Source: Escherichia phage vB_EcoM_G2133. Taken from it: DNA of 64,000 nucleotides. This document shows positions 47,786-56,721 of the stretch, in pieces. Made by a program: the position numbers and the translations under genes. The stretch lies in sequence record MK327928.1. One strand, written 5' to 3'. How positions within the stretch are numbered: the first letter of the stretch is position 1; each line of letters starts with the position of its first letter. The notes below the pieces were generated by a model that ran no database searches, was not told the DNA's origin, and saw nothing but the letters and a program-made list of their open reading frames with translations.

Positions 47786-48807
47786 TAGTTCAGTGCATTT
47801 AGTGCATTGTTCAGTTTAGAACGTTGCTTTGTCAGATTTTGAACCCTTGACTGAGCTTGTTCTAACGCCTTTTCAGCTTCTAGCACTTCATTGGTCGCTT
47901 TAACGAGTTCATCATCTACTGCCTTAAGAGACTTCTCAATCGCGTCAGCGTGCCATTTTTCTACAGGTTTAAAATTTGAATTTTCAGTAGGAAGAAAACT
48001 CACTTTATTAAGTTTACATGCATCTTTATTACCTGAACTATACATCCAAAATTTAGGATCGTTTGATAAGTAATTAGATAAATTTAAGTTATCTTGCACT
48101 TCCTGCTTTTTCTCTTGTGTAACTTCGTCCTTTCTCAAAAAATCATATTTAAATGAAACGATCATATCAAGTTCATATGTTGTCGTATCTAATTTAAATC
48201 GTTCGAAATGCTGCGAAATCTTAGACTGAACAGCAGAAACAACATCCATATACTTAAATGCTTCTGTCAACTGTGATTTAAGGCATTCACAAATTGAAAG
48301 AGAATTTTTTGTATTAGGTTTAAAGCTAATTCGTGCAGTTCTATTATTTTCTTTTAATGGTCTTACTTCCATCTGAAGAGTATAACCATCAAATTTCAGG
48401 TTCTTTAAGTTAATATCAGAACCTTTTAATCGACTCGCAGTTGATAAAATTTGCTTTAATTGTCTACGGAACAGAGCAATAAATCTCCATTCAATACGAT
48501 AATGATTTGGATTGAAAAATCCAGATGATAAATCGACCTTACTTTGACCAACGCCTTGAACAAATAGAGGATTTTTATAATCAATAGTTTTACAGAAATC
48601 GGTGAGCTGCTCACGAGCAGTCATTTGTGTAATATACCCTGCTTCATTAAAATTACGCACCCATTCACTGCTGTTCAGATGTTTAAAGGCGTGAATGGAA
48701 CAATTAACTTTATTAAGGTCTAAATTATTTTCACACAAAAATGTCATAGCATCACGAGTATAGCTTGCATTACGAACCATATCTTCAATTTGAGAACGAG
48801 TTTTCAT
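47785..48807 (-). CDS. coiled-coil C-terminus protein, paralog 3 of 4
   Basis: 340-aa ORF. Confidence 0.5.
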   Translation of the reverse strand: MKTRSQIEDMVRNASYTRDAMTFLCENNLDLNKVNCSIHAFKHLNSSEWVRNFNEAGYITQMTAREQLTDFCKTIDYKNPLFVQGVGQSKVDLSSGFFNPNHYRIEWRFIALFRRQLKQILSTASRLKGSDINLKNLKFDGYTLQMEVRPLKENNRTARISFKPNTKNSLSICECLKSQLTEAFKYMDVVSAVQSKISQHFERFKLDTTTYELDMIVSFKYDFLRKDEVTQEKKQEVQDNLNLSNYLSNDPKFWMYSSGNKDACKLNKVSFLPTENSNFKPVEKWHADAIEKSLKAVDDELVKATNEVLEAEKALEQAQSRVQNLTKQRSKLNNALNALN

Positions 48808-48815
48808 AGTGTTCC

Positions 48816-49727
48816 TTAAGATTTAAGTAAATCAACAATTTTAATTAATTTTTCACGTTCAGATTTAGCTTTACTACTCAATCCAGATAGTCTAAAGATT
48901 TCATCGTCATATTGTTGAATAGAAATATTCAGCTCTTCAATCTGTTTATTAAAATAATCAATTTGTTCAGAATGTTTTTCATTACTACGAACTGATACAG
49001 GTTTTGTAGGCAATTTAGTTGAACTAGATTCATCCGGGCGATAAATTAAAATACAACTTGAACCAATTGGACATTTTGCACCAGATGAATATTCTAATGT
49101 TCCGGCTTCTTTTAAAACTTCAAAAGCTAAACAGAGATGATGCCCCATATTAACATAATCAGTAGAGCGAGCTCTGATGTAATAATCATCTCCGCGAATA
49201 CTAAATTTAAAGCATTTAAGGTCTTCTGTATTATTGGTCTTAAAAATCATTTGTTTATTTAGACCTTTAGCTAATCGAGCGCCTAATGCTAATAATCGTC
49301 GTTGATTTTCCCACAAATCTGCGATCATTTGGTCAAATGATAATTTCGGCATTAGTCGACCATAAAGGTCGTATCCTTTATTATAATTGCGAAGGATTTC
49401 ACTCGCGTTAATACGGGACAATGCTCCAATTTTATTAAGGGCTTTCATAATGCGATTAGATAAACTCATTCCAGACCCGTTTGTTCGCTGTAAATGTTTT
49501 TCTAATCCAAATCCAATATCAACTTTAAATTTATCTAAAATTTCAGCATGAACATCTCTGTCAATAACATTCAAATCCAGAGTTGGGTTAAATCTATGAA
49601 AAAATTTATCTGGCTCTCCACGACGAAGTACAGTCCATTCATTCATCATTTTTTTATTAACTAAAGATTTAATTACTGCATTGACATTATTAATTACGAC
49701 TGACATATTTTCCTCACTCAATTTCAA
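48816..49727 (-). CDS. coiled-coil C-terminus protein, paralog 4 of 4
   Basis: 303-aa ORF. Confidence 0.5.
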   Translation of the reverse strand: MKLSEENMSVVINNVNAVIKSLVNKKMMNEWTVLRRGEPDKFFHRFNPTLDLNVIDRDVHAEILDKFKVDIGFGLEKHLQRTNGSGMSLSNRIMKALNKIGALSRINASEILRNYNKGYDLYGRLMPKLSFDQMIADLWENQRRLLALGARLAKGLNKQMIFKTNNTEDLKCFKFSIRGDDYYIRARSTDYVNMGHHLCLAFEVLKEAGTLEYSSGAKCPIGSSCILIYRPDESSSTKLPTKPVSVRSNEKHSEQIDYFNKQIEELNISIQQYDDEIFRLSGLSSKAKSEREKLIKIVDLLKS

Positions 49728-50121
49728 TTTTACTAAATATACAGAATAAGATGGAACAGACTATATAAGCACCACACACAGATTGAACTAATACCATTCC
49801 AAAGAACCAAACAATATTATCAAACAATGTCTGTTTTACGTCGAAAGGACGTAAACTTACAGTAATATTATCGCCTTTTTCTATTGATGAATACATCTCT
49901 GGTGAAATATATTCGCTAAATCTATAACCGTCTTTGAGTTCATATACAGCAATAAACGATAAACTAGACCCCTTTCCTTGAGTTCCTGTAAGGGTATTAA
50001 CTACAGTAACATCATAATCTTTATAATGCATATAATCATTAATTGCGTAATAACCATATGCAATTGCTATACATAAACAACATATCAATAAATTCAATCT
50101 TTTAATTATCAACTGTTTCAT
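49714..50121 (-). CDS. membrane protein (two predicted transmembrane segments)
   Basis: 135-aa ORF. Confidence 0.45.
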   Translation of the reverse strand: MKQLIIKRLNLLICCLCIAIAYGYYAINDYMHYKDYDVTVVNTLTGTQGKGSSLSFIAVYELKDGYRFSEYISPEMYSSIEKGDNITVSLRPFDVKQTLFDNIVWFFGMVLVQSVCGAYIVCSILFCIFSKIEIE

Positions 50122-50176
50122 AATAATCTCAATTAAAAGGGCTTAGAACCATTATACCATCCTTGGTATAAAGCGG

Positions 50177-50704
50177 TTATGCGAGTACCGTCTTTAACCG
50201 TTCTTCAAACTTCCGAAGAGTATTCTGGCGTTCAGCTCTTTGCTTTTTGTAAGTTTCAATACGCTCTGAAATGAGAGTGTATCGTTCATTTACTGATTCT
50301 TTCATAAAATCAGGAATTTCACGAGAAGCTTTAATCTCGTCAAATTTATCAATAACAGCTTGCTCTTCAGCAATTAAGTTATCATACATCAAAATATCTT
50401 TCTTGATGAACTCAATATCTTCTTGAGTTACACGAGATAATTTAGATGCTTTATCCTTTTTGTACTGTTCGTTAGTATCACGAGACCAGTGTAATGTACG
50501 ATTTTTATTCGTATTCTTGTAAATTTCTACAATACCAATCTCATCGATAATAACGATCCAATTCCAACGGGATTTGTAAATTTGTCCTCCATCAACAGTG
50601 ATTTCACCTCCAATTGAGATGTCATTAAAGAACTTGCTTTGTGCTTCAGATTTAAATTTACCATCGTTGTAATTTACCAGGTTGAAAATATCTTTAGCGT
50701 TCAT
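50177..50704 (-). CDS. hypothetical protein (start ATG 50704)
   Basis: 175 aa from MNAKDIFNL; GGAGG ribosome-binding site. Confidence 0.45.
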   Translation of the reverse strand: MNAKDIFNLVNYNDGKFKSEAQSKFFNDISIGGEITVDGGQIYKSRWNWIVIIDEIGIVEIYKNTNKNRTLHWSRDTNEQYKKDKASKLSRVTQEDIEFIKKDILMYDNLIAEEQAVIDKFDEIKASREIPDFMKESVNERYTLISERIETYKKQRAERQNTLRKFEERLKTVLA

Positions 50705-50732
50705 TTTGTGTTCCTCCGTAGTTGATAGTTGT

Positions 50733-50762
50733 ATAGTACCACAGAGGAACAGTCTTGTAAAC
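50733..50762 (-). promoter_or_regulatory. early promoter variant (-10 TACTAT), repeated promoter-leader family
   Basis: GTTTAC (50762..50757), 18-bp spacer, gtggTACTATAC. Confidence 0.45.
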
Positions 50763-50764
50763 AA

Positions 50765-51067
50765 CTAAAAGAAACTTCTTTCACAATTTTTTCCACTGAA
50801 CCAAGCGCTCACTGCTTTCTTAGTCTCAGGAGCAGTGTTATCCATAAACCATTCAAAGGCAGCCTTTTTATGATTCTGGAGGGCTTCTCGGGCTTTAATC
50901 TGCTCACGGTCTATTAACACTAACATATGAGCCTTTCTTGTCACCAGGGGCTTCTTATGATTTTTTGAATACTCCCAATCATTTGTCCATCGCATCGTTG
51001 TTGCGAACTGAAATACTGCTTCTTTAATTTTAGTTTCGTAAATTTCACGAGCCTTTGAGTATAACAT
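50765..51067 (-). CDS. hypothetical protein (start ATG 51067)
   Basis: 100 aa from MLYSKAREIYE; GGAGG ribosome-binding site. Confidence 0.4.
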   Translation of the reverse strand: MLYSKAREIYETKIKEAVFQFATTMRWTNDWEYSKNHKKPLVTRKAHMLVLIDREQIKAREALQNHKKAAFEWFMDNTAPETKKAVSAWFSGKNCERSFF

Positions 51068-51168
51068 CACTACCTCCATTTACCAGTTTAATTCTAATCA
51101 TCTTTTTGATGGCAGTCCATATAATCTATTTCTGAACTGCCTTTTTGTCATAGAAGGCCTCTTATGAA

Positions 51169-52137
51169 TTATTTCAGAAGAGTAACCTCAGCAATTTCTT
51201 CCCAACCGTTTTTGTCGGTCATAATAAAGTCAGCAAGATAAAGTGCAGTACGCAGTGAAACATTGCGTAAACGGTTAACATTGACTTTCATCCATGATAA
51301 TGCTTTATAAGTTTCTTCATCAGAAAGACCGCGCTTTTGCATCATGTCGGTTGAAAGAATAACATCTTCAACCCTGACCATAATTTCTTCATTAGTGTGA
51401 ACACCCAAATCTAAATAAACTGAGCGGGACACTAATGCTTGTAAATGTGGAGCAAGTTTAGTACCACGGTCTAATTCGCGGTCAATATCAACGTTTGTGA
51501 TAAAAACAATCGTTCCTTTAAATTCAAACTCACGCTCAATGCCTTTTTCTTCTAAGTAAGAAGATGCAGTGCTCCAGCAGACTTTACGGGTCTCTCCAGT
51601 GTCCAGAGCAGCTTTCAGAAGATTAAGAATGTCCATATCAGAGAAAACATCCACATCATCAATCAAAAGGACAGAATTCTCTTCACGATTATTCCAGAGC
51701 TGTTCATAAAGACCGATACCAGAGATTTTACCGTTAATGCTTTTATATTCAATGTATCCAATATCATTTGCTTTATTTAAAGCTTTATCTAAAGAATACG
51801 TTTTACCAATACCTGCTGCTCCCGAGATAATTAATGAACGAATGTTTCCGTTAATAATACCATTCGTCATCATTCCCATAACATTAAATCTTTTATTAAT
51901 GCGGGTTTTCATATCTTCATATGATTCTTTAACTTCTTCAACTTTTACACCATCATATGAAATGTCTGATTTGTAAACCCAAACACCGCGACGTTTACCG
52001 TCAATTTCAACAAAAACTTTACCATCTCCTTGTGCATCTACTGGAGCATTATCTGGGAACCATTCGCCTAAGAGCTCAAAAGTTCCAGAGATTTCTTTAC
52101 CGAAGTAGATACCCTTATTGATAGTTACAGTTTTCAT
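51169..52137 (-). CDS. P-loop ATPase (AAA-like)
   Basis: 322 aa from MKTVTINKG; Walker A GAAGIGKT; Walker B LLIDDVD. Confidence 0.55.
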   Translation of the reverse strand: MKTVTINKGIYFGKEISGTFELLGEWFPDNAPVDAQGDGKVFVEIDGKRRGVWVYKSDISYDGVKVEEVKESYEDMKTRINKRFNVMGMMTNGIINGNIRSLIISGAAGIGKTYSLDKALNKANDIGYIEYKSINGKISGIGLYEQLWNNREENSVLLIDDVDVFSDMDILNLLKAALDTGETRKVCWSTASSYLEEKGIEREFEFKGTIVFITNVDIDRELDRGTKLAPHLQALVSRSVYLDLGVHTNEEIMVRVEDVILSTDMMQKRGLSDEETYKALSWMKVNVNRLRNVSLRTALYLADFIMTDKNGWEEIAEVTLLK

Positions 52138-52174
52138 TTTATTCTCCAAATCTGTATCAGTAGTTGATAGTTGT

Positions 52175-52204
52175 ATAGTACCATAAAGCTTTATGCTTGT
52201 AAAC
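52175..52204 (-). promoter_or_regulatory. early promoter variant (-10 TACTAT), repeated promoter-leader family
   Basis: GTTTAC (52204..52199), 18-bp spacer, TACTATAC. Confidence 0.45.
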
Positions 52205-52235
52205 CGTTTTGTGAAAAAATTTTTGAAATAAAAAA

Positions 52236-52253
52236 GGGGACCTCTAAGGCCCC
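52236..52253 (-). terminator. G/C stem-loop with one bulge
   Basis: ggggacc-tctaa-ggcccc after the stop of ORF 52263..52748. Confidence 0.4.
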
Positions 52254-52262
52254 TTTATGCTT

Positions 52263-52748
52263 TTATTCCATTTCTATTATATGCATGTTCTTTTTGCTAT
52301 CAAAATATATGTTTTTAACTGTTAACTCCGAATTAATTGGCAATAAAAACTCTCTTTCATAATCTACCATACAAAGGTTATCATAAAGCTTGTTAAGCTT
52401 ATCATCGTCAGTTTGGCCAGATTCTTCAATTGCGATTAAATTTTCTAAAATGTCAATCATAGCAGTCGAATAGTCAAAAACGTTTGCATTTTTTAACACT
52501 ACTAAAACATTAGTCATATAGCGTTCTGCAGCAAACGTTTCAGCTATATGAGACTCACTGCTAAAGGAAGTTATTCTTTTAAATTTGATTCTCCTATTAA
52601 CTTCAAACTTATAAGATAGCACTTCCTCTATTGTAAGTCCTCTAAAAAGTGTGTCTTTAATCTCAAGTTTGTCTTTAATGTAATCATTAACACGCTTATG
52701 ATTAAAATTATTAATTTTGTTGCCAAGGCATTGCATTAAAATATGCAT
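52263..52748 (-). CDS. hypothetical protein
   Basis: 161-aa ORF. Confidence 0.45.
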   Translation of the reverse strand: MHILMQCLGNKINNFNHKRVNDYIKDKLEIKDTLFRGLTIEEVLSYKFEVNRRIKFKRITSFSSESHIAETFAAERYMTNVLVVLKNANVFDYSTAMIDILENLIAIEESGQTDDDKLNKLYDNLCMVDYEREFLLPINSELTVKNIYFDSKKNMHIIEME

Positions 52749-52794
52749 TGTATTCTCCTCAATTTTTAAAGAGCAATTAATTAACTACACGTAT

Positions 52795-52824
52795 ATTATA
52801 ATATGCTTTGCGGCAGAAGTAAAC
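52795..52824 (-). promoter_or_regulatory. T4-type early promoter
   Basis: GTTTAC (52824..52819), 18-bp spacer, TATAAT (52800..52795). Confidence 0.55.
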
Positions 52825-52854
52825 AACTTTGTGACGTCATTTTAAACAAAAAAA

Positions 52855-52870
52855 GGAGCCCGAAGGCTCC
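52855..52870 (-). terminator. stem-loop ggagcc-cgaa-ggctcc
   Basis: 6-bp stem, UUCG loop, after the stop of ORF 52874..53884. Confidence 0.5.
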
Positions 52871-52873
52871 CTA

Positions 52874-53884
52874 TCATTTATAATAACTTCGATGGTTTTC
52901 AAGATAGACTTTCTCAAGGAAGTCATCCCAAAAACCCATGTCCACTTTTTGCTGCATACCGTTCTTAGAAGCTTCAGTAGATGCTGCTTCTACTTGATCG
53001 ACCACATCTTCCAAAAACTCTTGAACGGTTTTAAATGGATGTTTACCCAACTTCACGTCGAGAATAAATGGAGCGTCTTGAAGTGGATAAACCAAGTCGC
53101 CAGTTTTGTAAATTTCCAATAGTTGAAGTCCACCACGACAGGCATGGCTCAGAGCTTTCCAGTCAATACCTTCATTGGCTTCGGCCTTACGAGCACGTTC
53201 ACCATATTCAGCATCTAATTTGTTCAGTGACTGCTTAAGCTCAATAAGAGAAAGAGTTGTCTGATATTTACGACCCAACACTGTGTAAAACGTTTGTGGG
53301 CCTGTTTTCTCATGATTATGGAACACCCATTCACAGAATTCGTTTTCTGGAAGACGATGCTTAATATCTTCAACTTTAGTACGACGCTGCTTAATGGAAC
53401 CGTCTTCTTGGTAATCAACCCATTGCTCAGGGATTTGATTAACTACTTTCAATACATCACGTAATGCAGCCAAACGAGAACCCTTGACACCGTATTTAGA
53501 AGCTTGCTTGCGGACATATCCTAAATAGGATTTCATGTTAGTCGTATAAAAACGAGAACGGTTGTCTTGAATAAACTTCCATACATCAGGCAAATCGGAT
53601 TTAACCACTAGTTCAGGTGGAGTGTGAAGCATATCCAACGCTACAGTTTCACCATCTGCCGCTAATTTAAAGAAATATTTAAGACTGTATAGTTCATGGT
53701 CAATATCATCTTTAGTGTTTTTAGATGATGTGTTGTTAGTGTTTTTACTCATGTGCTCTTTGACATTTCCGATAAGAATATCACGAGCAGGAGGAACAAA
53801 AATTTCTTTAAAATCTACATCAGATTCTGGGGTAGAAGTTCCATAAAGATGACTACCAAAATAAGACTTAACTACAGTTTTCAT
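52874..53884 (-). CDS. predicted nucleotidyltransferase (pol-beta superfamily fold)
   Basis: 336 aa from MKTVVKSYFGSHLYGTSTPESDVDF (GS-x10-DxD signature). Confidence 0.45.
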   Translation of the reverse strand: MKTVVKSYFGSHLYGTSTPESDVDFKEIFVPPARDILIGNVKEHMSKNTNNTSSKNTKDDIDHELYSLKYFFKLAADGETVALDMLHTPPELVVKSDLPDVWKFIQDNRSRFYTTNMKSYLGYVRKQASKYGVKGSRLAALRDVLKVVNQIPEQWVDYQEDGSIKQRRTKVEDIKHRLPENEFCEWVFHNHEKTGPQTFYTVLGRKYQTTLSLIELKQSLNKLDAEYGERARKAEANEGIDWKALSHACRGGLQLLEIYKTGDLVYPLQDAPFILDVKLGKHPFKTVQEFLEDVVDQVEAASTEASKNGMQQKVDMGFWDDFLEKVYLENHRSYYK

Positions 53885-54647
53885 TATTAGACCTTTCATA
53901 ATCTTCATTAAATTGTACAATCAATCGATGATAATTAGATTTTGGATATCCTAATTTACTTATATAAGTTCCGAATGACCCACGTTTAGGTCTATTTAAT
54001 TTAATCCATAACTTATAAAGTAAGTCATAGTCTTGCCAATGTTTACCAGTTCTTTGTCTAATTTTAGATGAATTTGATTGTTTCTTTTTAGTTTCAAAAT
54101 TATTCAAAGATTTTTTGACTGCAGCAGAGTGTTTTTCTTTAACTCCCGGTCGTTTAAAAGCAGCTTTCACCCCTTTAGATATTTTTTCTTTAACTTCCGG
54201 TTTGTTTTGTGCTTCTAACTGGGATTCTGAAATTTTAGCCCTTATTTCAGGAAGACTTAATGTTATCGAACGTTTTTCTCTGTATTCATTAGACTTCCAC
54301 ATTTCTTTCATTGTATTAGAATGTATTTTTGAAAATTTTTCTCTAACTAACTGATATCCTCTTGAAGTTAATTTGAGATTTCTTCCTAAAGAATCTTCTC
54401 CAAAATTATAAAATGACCACCATGCATAAATTAATCCAGGCGAATTATAATGAATTTTAGCTAAAAGCCAATGGGCTATAAAATGCTCTCTAGCTGTTAA
54501 TAAAACTAGATTATCAGAATCATCATTACCACCAATACAAGATGGAATAATATGATGCTTTTCCGTATAAAAATTTAATTTAGATTTATCTAATTTTCTG
54601 AGTTTTCCTTTCTTAATTAAATTATTATATACTTTAGTATAATTCAT
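53868..54647 (-). CDS. HNH homing endonuclease (Mob-like), intact
   Basis: 259 aa; EKHHIIPSCIGGNDDSDNLVLLTAREHFIAHW. Confidence 0.65.
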   Translation of the reverse strand: MNYTKVYNNLIKKGKLRKLDKSKLNFYTEKHHIIPSCIGGNDDSDNLVLLTAREHFIAHWLLAKIHYNSPGLIYAWWSFYNFGEDSLGRNLKLTSRGYQLVREKFSKIHSNTMKEMWKSNEYREKRSITLSLPEIRAKISESQLEAQNKPEVKEKISKGVKAAFKRPGVKEKHSAAVKKSLNNFETKKKQSNSSKIRQRTGKHWQDYDLLYKLWIKLNRPKRGSFGTYISKLGYPKSNYHRLIVQFNEDYERSNNENCS

Positions 54648-54721
54648 TGGTTCTTCGTCTCATTTAATTTTGCTTTGCATTTATAACACATGTCTGTTCC
54701 ACTTGAAATAAACATATTTCC

Positions 54722-55255
54722 TCACTTCGAAATCATAGTTGGAATGACAGAATCAAGATAAGTCTTTAGCGCAATAGCTTCGTCTTTGGTAAATGTGACA
54801 ATATGTGATCGAAAATCGTCAATTTGGCGAATAGTTAAGACATCTCCCTCTTCATAACATTTTGATACATTTAAAAGAGTTTCATCATTCTGATTGCAAG
54901 CGTTAGTAATAATAGCATTGCAATTTTTGAGCCATTTTAAACTATGTTTTCTTTCATTAGAATAATAAAAATATTTAATCTTAGCTATAAAACTATCCCA
55001 ATGGATAACTGATAAACACATTGACTCACTTTTAATATTAAATCCTGGGCATGAAGAATAAAAATGAATTTTGTGCTCATCATTGATGCTTACAATTTTA
55101 TCAGTATAAGGATATTCAATTTGGGTTAAATGAATAATTTCACTAGATGTAAAATACAGCATATCGTCTTCTTGCGTCAAACGATACATATTATTTACTT
55201 TTTCTATAGCCAATTCACCAAAAAGTGGACTAACTTCTAATACTAATCGTTTCAT
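54722..55255 (-). CDS. hypothetical protein
   Basis: 177-aa ORF. Confidence 0.45.
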   Translation of the reverse strand: MKRLVLEVSPLFGELAIEKVNNMYRLTQEDDMLYFTSSEIIHLTQIEYPYTDKIVSINDEHKIHFYSSCPGFNIKSESMCLSVIHWDSFIAKIKYFYYSNERKHSLKWLKNCNAIITNACNQNDETLLNVSKCYEEGDVLTIRQIDDFRSHIVTFTKDEAIALKTYLDSVIPTMISK

Positions 55256-55256
55256 A

Positions 55257-55535
55257 TTAATCCTTTTTATTTGCGCTGATTTGTTCTAAAATTTTAGAGT
55301 ATTCCTTTGTATCAGATTTACGTACAATCGATACGCTATACGGCATACTATCGGTGTCTTTTATAAAGCGTTCCAAATGACACTCTAATAAAATTTCTGG
55401 ATTATAAATCGTGTACATCAAATTACCTGTTGCTCCACGATATTGACAGATTTCTACTGATTGAACATCATTCCATAATTTTGTTAAGACCAAATCACCT
55501 ACTTCTAATTTAGGAAAGCCCATGTTATTCACCAA
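55257..55535 (-). CDS. hypothetical protein
   Basis: 92-aa ORF. Confidence 0.45.
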   Translation of the reverse strand: MVNNMGFPKLEVGDLVLTKLWNDVQSVEICQYRGATGNLMYTIYNPEILLECHLERFIKDTDSMPYSVSIVRKSDTKEYSKILEQISANKKD

Positions 55536-55710
55536 TTAAAGTTTCAATATAAGAATCAAGATTTACTTTAGCTTCTTCCATAAGAGTTTTGTATTTAATC
55601 TTGTTGGCATGTCCGGAGAAAGCTGATTCATCAATAATTGTTGATGTATGAACAGCTTTACTATACGTCTCAATTAATTCTCTTAATTTAAAAGCCTGCT
55701 CACTTGTCAT
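55525..55710 (-). CDS. hypothetical small protein
   Basis: 61-aa ORF. Confidence 0.4.
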   Translation of the reverse strand: MTSEQAFKLRELIETYSKAVHTSTIIDESAFSGHANKIKYKTLMEEAKVNLDSYIETLIGE

Positions 55711-55842
55711 TACATACTCCTTTGAATAATATCAATAATGTTGTTCACTAGATTATAAGTAAACATTGGGTAATTATATTGAATCATCACATACACAACA
55801 AACAAAACTTTCATTCTCTTCTCCTTGACAGTTGACAAGATT

Positions 55843-55872
55843 ACTATACCATAACCTTGCCAACTTGTAAAC
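55843..55872 (-). promoter_or_regulatory. T4-type early promoter (-10 TATAGT)
   Basis: GTTTAC (55872..55867), 18-bp spacer, tatggTATAGT. Confidence 0.5.
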
Positions 55873-55874
55873 CG

Positions 55875-56030
55875 TTAAATGTTGTTTTCAATAAAATTTT
55901 GAAGCTTTGTGTGAGCATCAACCATGATTTTCATTTCTTCTTTGGCGAAAGCTGTGCCTCTTTCACGAGAAGAACATTCATAGTCAGAAACTGCATTAGC
56001 ATATTCTTCAATTAGTTTCATTAAAAACAT
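55875..56030 (-). CDS. hypothetical small protein, 51 aa, not in ORF track
   Basis: MFLMKLIEEYANAVSDYECSSRERGTAFAKEEMKIMVDAHTKLQNFIENNI. Confidence 0.35.
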   Translation of the reverse strand: MFLMKLIEEYANAVSDYECSSRERGTAFAKEEMKIMVDAHTKLQNFIENNI

Positions 56031-56037
56031 CTGCTTT

Positions 56038-56232
56038 TCAGTTTTCATTATTCCACCTAATCATTTCAAGATATTGAACTAACTTAGCTTTGGATTTATC
56101 CAAATCCTTTTTAGCTGCTTCTATACCGTCGTATGAATATCCTTCACAATGCTCAACTGCTAATTGATATGAATCTATTTCAATATCACGTGCTAATTTA
56201 ATGATTTTTTCAAACTGTTCGCGTGTTAGCAT
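56038..56232 (-). CDS. hypothetical small protein
   Basis: 64-aa ORF. Confidence 0.4.
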   Translation of the reverse strand: MLTREQFEKIIKLARDIEIDSYQLAVEHCEGYSYDGIEAAKKDLDKSKAKLVQYLEMIRWNNEN

Positions 56233-56234
56233 AA

Positions 56235-56438
56235 TTAAACTCTCGTATTATGATCGATAATTTCATCAAGAAACATATCTAACGCTTCTAAAGCATTATC
56301 AACTTTAGCTTCAAGTTCATCAGCACCTTTATTTGCAATGCCTGACGAAAACCAAGCAAAGTCACTAAGTTCCTCGTCTGCCTTGCGAATTGAAGCCACT
56401 AATTCCTTGATTTTATCCGCTTGCTCTACACTAATCAT
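56235..56438 (-). CDS. hypothetical small protein (start ATG 56438, TAATG junction)
   Basis: 67 aa from [14 protein letters not shown]. Confidence 0.4.
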   Translation of the reverse strand: MISVEQADKIKELVASIRKADEELSDFAWFSSGIANKGADELEAKVDNALEALDMFLDEIIDHNTRV

Positions 56439-56626
56439 TATTCCACCACATATGAAAGAGAGAATATTGCACACGCCATGTGAGTTGCAACTTCATCACA
56501 CATATTATAACGTTTCTTAAGAAGTTCTACAAGTTTTTCACTGGTAACTTCATCCATGTTGACGAAAAAATCACCATTAATGATGACGTAGATATTTCCT
56601 TCTTGATTAAGTGCTTCAATTTTCAT
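56438..56626 (-). CDS. hypothetical small protein (start ATG 56626)
   Basis: 62 aa from [11 protein letters not shown]; GAGGAG ribosome-binding site. Confidence 0.4.
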   Translation of the reverse strand: MKIEALNQEGNIYVIINGDFFVNMDEVTSEKLVELLKKRYNMCDEVATHMACAIFSLSYVVE

Positions 56627-56654
56627 GATGTTCTCCTCTTTATCCGATGGTTGT

Positions 56655-56684
56655 ATAGTACCACGGCTCAAACGAAAAGTAAAC
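56655..56684 (-). promoter_or_regulatory. early promoter variant (-10 TACTAT), repeated promoter-leader family
   Basis: GTTTAC (56684..56679), 18-bp spacer, gtggTACTATAC. Confidence 0.45.
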
Positions 56685-56699
56685 AGGTAAAATGAAAAA

Positions 56700-56717
56700 A
56701 GTCTCCCGAAGGAGACT
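56700..56717 (-). terminator. stem-loop agtctcc-cgaa-ggagact
   Basis: 7-bp stem, UUCG loop, 5 nt after the stop of ORF 56722..57108. Confidence 0.5.
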
Positions 56718-56721
56718 AATG

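Noticed and set aside
50765-53920. Treating 50765-53920 as a clearly foreign GC island
   Set aside because: Sampled windows are 40-45 percent G+C, only modestly above the surroundings and similar to part of gene 43; unlike the GrcA 3' segment, composition alone does not demonstrate horizontal origin.
54651-54722. 23-codon ORF (MFISSGTDMCYKCKAKLNETKNQ) overlapping the mobD-like HNH start
   Set aside because: Too short to call; may be a leader peptide or chance frame.
55712-55814. 34-aa ORF with AAGGAG ribosome-binding site and TAATG overlap onto ORF 55525..55710
   Set aside because: Very short and hydrophobic with no recognisable motif; plausible but unsupported without expression data.
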